In this document: positions 33,742-38,309 of the stretch, in pieces
Layout: each line of letters starts with the position of its first letter
How positions within the stretch are numbered: the stretch's first letter is position 1
Origin: Minisyncoccota bacterium
Lineage (GTDB): Bacteria; Patescibacteriota; Minisyncoccia; Phycocordibacterales; Phycocordibacteraceae
Direction: 5' to 3'
Assembly (NCBI GenBank): GCA_028687085.1
Contig: JAQUAU010000001.1
Location: 1 to 38,309 of the forward strand
DNA: 38,309 bases
Notes under the pieces: generated by a model
The model's database searches: none
Seen by the model: only the letters and a program-made list of their open reading frames with translations
Told to the model about the DNA's origin: nothing
Translations under genes and position numbers: made by a program

Positions 33742-34008
33742 TTACTGTTTTGTGGGGAGACCTTTTTGGAACCTATCTATAAGAACTTCTTTCTTGTCGC
33801 GGCGCCATTTTTTGATTTGGATTTCTCGCTTCCGTGCTTCGACTAATGTCCTATGTTGTTCAAGAAATATGATTTCAAATTTAGAATCACGTTTCGTGAA
33901 TAGTGCGCCGCGTTTTTCGTTGTGATATGTAAGGCGGTGTTCGGGATTGTCGGTGATACCTGTATATAAATCGCCGTATGAGTTTCGAATCATGTAGATG
34001 AAATACAT
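33742..34008 (-). CDS. Small GIY-YIG nuclease-family protein (YhbQ/UPF0213-like), AT-rich
   Basis: MYFIYMIRNSYGDLYTGITDNPEHRLTYHNEKRG...REIQIKKWRRDKK. The internal ATG was chosen because the longer ORF reads through a repeat element. Confidence 0.75.
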   Translation of the reverse strand: MYFIYMIRNSYGDLYTGITDNPEHRLTYHNEKRGALFTKRDSKFEIIFLEQHRTLVEARKREIQIKKWRRDKKEVLIDRFQKGLPTKQ

Positions 34009-34050
34009 AAACGAAATTATACATTCCTCGTTGTTACTCGGAATAAACAG

Positions 34051-34258
34051 TCCCTCGACGATGCTCGGGACACTCGACTCGCCTATACACAAAACACCCC
34101 TTGCGAGGTGTTTGTGCGCTTGCTGTTTCGAGGTGGTTTACCACAGCCCTTCGACTTCGCTCAGGGCACTCGATTCGTATAAACAAACTACCTAGTCGAA
34201 CATTTTAGGTGGCTTGCCGCGAGTGAGTCCCGAGTCCGTCGAGGGACGAATCGAGTGG
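34051..34258. repeat. Three copies of a short GC-rich hairpin element (CCCTCGAC-N3-GCTCGGGRCACTCGAYTCG family), one inverted
   Basis: Copies at 34051..34083 (TCCCTCGACGATGCTCGGGACACTCGACTCGCC), 34146..34176 (GCCCTTCGACTTCGCTCAGGGCACTCGATTCG) and, inverted, 34224..34258. They are related to the 28-nt coding-region element. Confidence 0.6.
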
Positions 34259-34660
34259 AGGTGGCGGAAATTGAATCCGCGTCCGAATCTGGCCAAGAAA
34301 GCGAGTCTACGACGCATAGTCAGCGTTAGATTTAGAGTAGGGTGCGAGGAACGCAGACGAAACCACTCCTATCCGATCCCTTATTTAAGCGCACTCTCCG
34401 GGAGCAGAGGCGCCGATTCTACAGACCATTCCGCCCATTCCTCTCGCTGTAGAAGCCGGGGAGGATGAACGTCGCGAGGCGAGTGGCCGTTAGGCGACCG
34501 CGTACGCGAACGTGAAGTCCTTAGCACCGAAGTACGGGGACTTCACGCTTGCAAGAGTGTTCTTGGCAAGTTTGGTTGCTCGTTGGATTGTGAGTGTCAT
34601 ACGAGCGTGCACTGCGTCGCACGTCTTTCAAGGTACAGACCGTCAAAGCCGGTCACCCCC
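34256..34660 (-). ncRNA. ssrA: tmRNA (SsrA), 405 nt, CCA not encoded
   Basis: The 5' end GGGGGUGACCGGCUUUGACGG pairs with the 3' end ...GGACGCGGAUUCAAUUUCCGCCACCUCCA, giving an acceptor stem with a G3:U70 pair and a T arm GCGGA-UUCAAUU-UCCGC. It lies immediately downstream of smpB. Confidence 0.85.
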
Positions 34661-34723
34661 GAGGAATTCAGAAAGCAGTTTGCAGAAGGCAGTTAGCAGG
34701 AAATCCTTCTGAACTTTTCGGGA

Positions 34724-35167
34724 CTACCGATTCTTTAGTATTCTACCGGTTTCGCGCTCGGCGTCGCGCTTCTTCAAGTCTTCGCGGCGGTCAGACTTAC
34801 CCTTGCCGCGGACGATTGAGACACGCGCCTTCACGAACCTCTTACTATTATACACCTCAAAGGGTATGATTGTCAACCCTTTTTTCGATTCTGCAGCGAG
34901 GAGTGTCGCGATCTCTTTCTTGTCTAAGAGGAGCCGGCGAGCGCGCTCTGGGTCATAGCTCTTGGGCGCATTGGCCGCCTGGTAGGGGGGAATGGTCATC
35001 CCGATGATAAACGCCTCGCCACCGCGAATCACCACGCGTGCGCCATCCAAGGAGCCGAGCTTAGCGCGGAGCGCTTTTACCTCGGTGCCCAACAGCTCGA
35101 TACCCGCCGAGAAGTTCTCAAGCGGGGCGTACTTCAAATGGGCCTTTTTGTTGGCGATGAGGGTCAT
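34724..35167 (-). CDS. smpB: SsrA-binding protein SmpB
   Basis: IANKKAHLKYAPLENFSAGIELLGTEVKALR...GKGKSDRREDLKKRD matches the SmpB pattern. Confidence 0.9.
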   Translation of the reverse strand: MTLIANKKAHLKYAPLENFSAGIELLGTEVKALRAKLGSLDGARVVIRGGEAFIIGMTIPPYQAANAPKSYDPERARRLLLDKKEIATLLAAESKKGLTIIPFEVYNSKRFVKARVSIVRGKGKSDRREDLKKRDAERETGRILKNR

Positions 35168-35991
35168 GTGAATAGTCTCTCTATTTCTGTGCGCTTTGCA
35201 AGCAGGTCGTCCCAGCCCATCTGATACGACTCGGTCACGGCGCGTCTGTTCCGAGTGAAGAGACCGGCCGGGAGCGGGAAGGAGGGGCCGACGACCAGTA
35301 TCTCGACATCAGAGGGGAGATGATCGAAGTGGGTGCGCTTGAGGTCATAGAGCGCGAGTTGGCGGATAATGGGGCTTACGAAGAAGGCATAGATGCGGAG
35401 GAACCACTTCTGCAGGCTCGTCAGAGCGATGGTGTTGGTGATGACGAGTATCTTTGTCGCACCCTCTTTGCGCGCTTTGCGGATGAGATTGGTCATGTTC
35501 ATGTTCAGATCACCGTCGATGAAAGAACGGGAGCCGAGCCGCACGGCGCCGCCGTAGAGAAAGGGGATCGCCTTTGCCGCACGCATCACCTCGTAGGGGT
35601 TGAACCACGTGTTGTTACTGATGAACTCGGCGCGGCCAGTGTCGAGGTCGGTGACCGGGACGAACCAGCGCGTCTTTGTTGTACTGAAGGCGTGCTCGTC
35701 GAGCGGGAGCTCTTGGCGCATAATGTCGTCGATGATGTAGTCGAGCTCGAGGCGCGGCGGGAAGCGGTGCACAACCTCTTTCGAAGGGAGATAGCGGAGC
35801 CAGATCTTCTCGATGTGGTCGTACTGCTTCGCGAGATAATAGAACATCGCGCCGACTGATCCCGAAGCAGAAATGAAGATGTCCGGCTCAGTGATGCCGA
35901 GCCTCTTGGTGAGCGCGCCGAGTGCGCCGGCAGCATAGGCGCACTTCATCCCGCCGCCGCTCGTGACAATCGCGACTTTTTCTTCTCGCAT
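35164..35991 (-). CDS. Patatin-like phospholipase
   Basis: TSGGGMKCAY (oxyanion Gly-rich loop) and ASGSVGA (GxSxG). The stop overlaps the smpB start. The start was chosen at 35991. Confidence 0.7.
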   Translation of the reverse strand: MREEKVAIVTSGGGMKCAYAAGALGALTKRLGITEPDIFISASGSVGAMFYYLAKQYDHIEKIWLRYLPSKEVVHRFPPRLELDYIIDDIMRQELPLDEHAFSTTKTRWFVPVTDLDTGRAEFISNNTWFNPYEVMRAAKAIPFLYGGAVRLGSRSFIDGDLNMNMTNLIRKARKEGATKILVITNTIALTSLQKWFLRIYAFFVSPIIRQLALYDLKRTHFDHLPSDVEILVVGPSFPLPAGLFTRNRRAVTESYQMGWDDLLAKRTEIERLFT

Positions 35992-35997
35992 GTAGAG

Positions 35998-36005
35998 AGT
36001 ATACT
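35998..36005. promoter_or_regulatory. Palindromic AGTATACT giving a TATACT -10 hexamer on both strands for two divergent leaderless genes
   Basis: Plus strand: TATACT at 36000..36005, 7 nt, then the ftsH ATG at 36013. Minus strand: TATACT (complement of 35998..36003), 6 nt, then the patatin ATG at 35991. Confidence 0.45.
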
Positions 36006-36012
36006 GCCTTTC

Positions 36013-37938
36013 ATGGCGCCTCTCACTCCAAAAAAGCAGAAACAAAAAAAGGCCGCTCCTCGTCGCGGTTTGAAAGCGGCGCTCGGCGGCCCGTCATTCT
36101 TCGGCAACCTCATAACGACGGTACTCATCTTCTTGCTCCTCATGAGCGCGTACTCGCTCATCTCGGGCTTCATAGAGCCGAACAATAGCGAACCGCTCTC
36201 GGTCGTCGCCGCTGATGTTGCGGCAGGCAAGGTGAGCACGATTATCGTGAGCGGCGACGCGCTCGATCTCACTTACGCAGACGGATCGAAGAAGATCTCG
36301 CGCAAGGATCCGGCCGCGGGGCTCCCCGAAACCTTGGCGACCTATGGCGTCACGCCTGCAGAACTCAGCAAGGTCTCGATCACTATGCAGGGGCAGTCGG
36401 GATTCCAATTCTGGTTTCTCACCCTCGCGCCGACGCTACTCACGTTTATCTTCTTCGGGTTTCTCTTCTGGTTTCTCTCGCGCCAGGTGAAGGGCGCGGG
36501 GATGCAGGCATTTTCATTTGGCCAGTCTAAGGCGCGCGTCATTGACCCGGCCGATCTCTCTCAGCGCGTCACCTTCGCGGACGTCGCAGGTGCGCGCGAG
36601 GCCAAGGAAGAGCTCCTCGAGATCGTCGACTTTCTCAAGAGTCCGAAGAAGTTCCTCGATATCGGCGCGCGCATCCCAAAGGGCATCATCCTCATGGGCG
36701 CGCCGGGTACCGGTAAGACGTTGCTTGCTCGCGCGGTGGCGGGCGAAGCGGGCGTGCCCTTCTTCTCGATTTCGGGTTCAGAGTTCGTTGAGATGTTTGT
36801 CGGCGTCGGTGCCTCTCGCGTGCGCGACCTCTTTCAGATGGCGAAGAAGGCCGCGCCCGCGATCATCTTCGTTGACGAGATCGACGCGGTGGGGCGCGTG
36901 CGCGGCACCGGAGTCGGTGGCGGCAACGACGAGCGCGAGCAGACACTGAACCAGATCCTCGTTGAGATGGACGGCTTCGAGCCTACTGAAAAGGTGGTGG
37001 TGATGGCGGCGACGAACCGGCCCGACGTGCTCGACCCCGCCTTACTTCGCCCCGGACGCTTCGACCGCCGCGTGACCATCGACCTGCCGGATCGTCGCGA
37101 TCGCGAAGAGATACTCCAGATCCATGCGCGCAAGAAGCCCTTGGGTCCTGATGTGGCGCTCGCCGTGATCGCCGAGCGCACACCGGGCTTCTCGGGTGCC
37201 GAGCTCTACTCGCTCATGAACGAGGGCGCAATCCTCGCCGCGCGCGAGAGCCGCACCGAGGTGACGCAATACGATTTAATACGTTCGATTGAGAAGGTGA
37301 TGCTCGGCCCTGAGCGAAAGAGCCACTTGCTCAGCAAGAAGGAGAAGGAGCTCACGGCCTATCACGAGGCCGGCCACGCGCTCGTCTCGTCGATCCTCGA
37401 GTACGCCGATCCGGTGCACAAGATATCCATCATTAGCCGTGGCCGCGCAGCCGGCTATACCTTGAAGCTCCCGTTCGAGGACCGCAAGATGCAGTCGAAG
37501 AAGCAGTTTCTCGACGATATCGCGGCGACGCTTGGCGGCTATGTCGCTGAGGAGATGCTCTTCGACGATGTGACGACCGGGCCCAGTAACGATCTGATGG
37601 TCATCACTGCGCTTGCACGCGACATGGTCACGCGCTTCGGGATGAGTAAGAAGCTGGGACCGGTCGCCTTCGGCGAGCGCGCTCTCGGCAATGAACCGTA
37701 TTCAGAAAAGGTTGCGGCCGAGATTGATGCCGAAGTTTCGCATATCATCGACGATGCGAAGGGGCGTGCGAAGAAGGTCCTCGAGGAGCACCGCAGCGCG
37801 CTCGATGCGATTGCGAAGGAGCTTATCGAGAAGGAGACAATCGAGCGCACCGAGTTCGAAAAGCTCCTCATCGCAAACGGCATTACGCCGAAGAAGAAGG
37901 AAGAAGAGGGTATCACCATTACTCCGCCGCACATTTAA
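36013..37938 (+). CDS. ftsH: ATP-dependent zinc metalloprotease FtsH
   Basis: Two N-terminal TMs, Walker A GAPGTGKT, Walker [12 protein letters not shown], and the zinc motif HEAGHA. Confidence 0.95.
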   Translation: MAPLTPKKQKQKKAAPRRGLKAALGGPSFFGNLITTVLIFLLLMSAYSLISGFIEPNNSEPLSVVAADVAAGKVSTIIVSGDALDLTYADGSKKISRKDPAAGLPETLATYGVTPAELSKVSITMQGQSGFQFWFLTLAPTLLTFIFFGFLFWFLSRQVKGAGMQAFSFGQSKARVIDPADLSQRVTFADVAGAREAKEELLEIVDFLKSPKKFLDIGARIPKGIILMGAPGTGKTLLARAVAGEAGVPFFSISGSEFVEMFVGVGASRVRDLFQMAKKAAPAIIFVDEIDAVGRVRGTGVGGGNDEREQTLNQILVEMDGFEPTEKVVVMAATNRPDVLDPALLRPGRFDRRVTIDLPDRRDREEILQIHARKKPLGPDVALAVIAERTPGFSGAELYSLMNEGAILAARESRTEVTQYDLIRSIEKVMLGPERKSHLLSKKEKELTAYHEAGHALVSSILEYADPVHKISIISRGRAAGYTLKLPFEDRKMQSKKQFLDDIAATLGGYVAEEMLFDDVTTGPSNDLMVITALARDMVTRFGMSKKLGPVAFGERALGNEPYSEKVAAEIDAEVSHIIDDAKGRAKKVLEEHRSALDAIAKELIEKETIERTEFEKLLIANGITPKKKEEEGITITPPHI

Positions 37939-37944
37939 AAAATG

Positions 37945-37975
37945 AAAAACCCCGGGCACTGCCTGGGGCTTTTTG
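37945..37975. terminator. Bidirectional intrinsic terminator
   Basis: AAAAA-CCCCGGGC-act-GCCTGGGG-CTTTTT: an 8-bp stem including one G-U pair. Confidence 0.65.
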
Positions 37976-37988
37976 TGAGGCCTTTTCC

Positions 37989-38162
37989 TCACTTTTTCTT
38001 AGGTTCTTCTTCTTTTACCAGCACACGTTGGTTGCGCACGAGAAGAGGTCTCTCGTACTGCGCAATCCAACCGAAATAACCGGCTCCGCCCGTTTCTGTC
38101 CTCGGGCCGAGCGTGCCGCGTTGATTCAAGTGCCGGTCTTGCCGATACAGCTCCTTAGCCAT
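37989..38162 (-). CDS. Small hypothetical protein (57 aa; below the ORF-track cutoff)
   Basis: GGAGAGGAA precedes the ATG at 38162 on the minus strand. Translation: MAKELYRQDRHLNQRGTLGPRTETGGAGYFGWIAQYERPLLVRNQRVLVKEEEPKKK. It ends at the terminator. Confidence 0.4.
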   Translation of the reverse strand: MAKELYRQDRHLNQRGTLGPRTETGGAGYFGWIAQYERPLLVRNQRVLVKEEEPKKK

Positions 38163-38256
38163 TTCCTCTCCTACCTACGGTTAGTTAAAAAAACAACAGC
38201 GTACTACAACAACAGACTGCACGATAGCATTTTGCATCGGTATTTTCAATTTCTAG

Positions 38257-38309
38257 TCCGTCCCCCTGGACTCGAACCAGGAACCGCAGAGGTATAAGCT
38301 CTGTGCTCT
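38257..38309 (-). tRNA. Partial tRNA (3' two-thirds), anticodon UAU, so tRNA-Ile(UAU); the 5' part lies outside the window
   Basis: The reverse complement reads ...GAGCA-CAGAG-CTTATAC-CTCTG-CGGTT-CCTGG-TTCGAGT-CCAGG-GGGACGG-A. Anticodon-loop positions 34-36 are TAT. Confidence 0.65.

Noticed and set aside
34214-34869. Three plus-strand ORFs (34214..34468, 34512..34712, 34594..34869).
   Set aside because: They lie across the minus-strand tmRNA and the end of smpB. Their translations are Arg/Ser-rich with no motifs.
1-38309. CRISPR arrays, rRNA genes, and transposase or integrase genes.
   Set aside because: I saw no regularly spaced direct repeats with unique spacers, no rRNA-like sequence, and no ORF with recombinase or transposase motifs. 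The short repeats present are irregularly placed.

Overview
This is a GC-rich bacterial chromosome segment (GC judged by eye), compact and mostly housekeeping. It carries 2 tRNA-Thr, a short RF2, ftsEX, pyrG, tRNA-Gln, an AI-2E transporter, an RsuA-type pseudouridine synthase, an ABC-F ATPase, two ABC systems, typA, cfa, ssrA-smpB, a patatin-like lipase, ftsH, a partial tRNA-Ile(UAU) and many small membrane proteins. The gene style suggests a small-genome uncultivated lineage such as Patescibacteria/CPR, but that is inference only. AT-rich accessory DNA interrupts the backbone at four places: next to tRNA-Gln (about 9.1-10.4 kb), a 6-kb island at 14.7-20.8 kb, a cassette behind the ABC-F gene (27.2-27.8 kb), and next to the tmRNA (33.7-34.25 kb). 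The main candidate for a new system lies in the 6-kb island. A MazG-like NTP pyrophosphohydrolase gene sits 3 nt upstream of a 673-aa fusion protein. That protein combines a GIY-YIG nuclease, a DUF2075 (Schlafen-helicase-like) P-loop NTPase and a C-terminal LexA/UmuD-type S24 self-cleaving peptidase. The S24 module keeps an intact Cys-Gly site, Ser nucleophile and Lys base at UmuD-like spacing. On one side of this pair is an AbiL/PARIS-like ABC-ATPase plus Toprim-like gene pair. On the other is an XRE-Panacea(DUF4065)/RelE-like toxin-antitoxin module. Other observations: many genes look leaderless, with a -10 hexamer (often TGnTAnnnT) 6-7 nt before the ATG. An 18-bp palindrome occurs three times around an ArsR-type regulator. 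An identical 28-nt element is inserted in frame in two unrelated genes. A copy of the ABC-F 3' end differs from the native one only by synonymous changes. All calls come from reading the sequence and ORF translations by eye; no searches were run.
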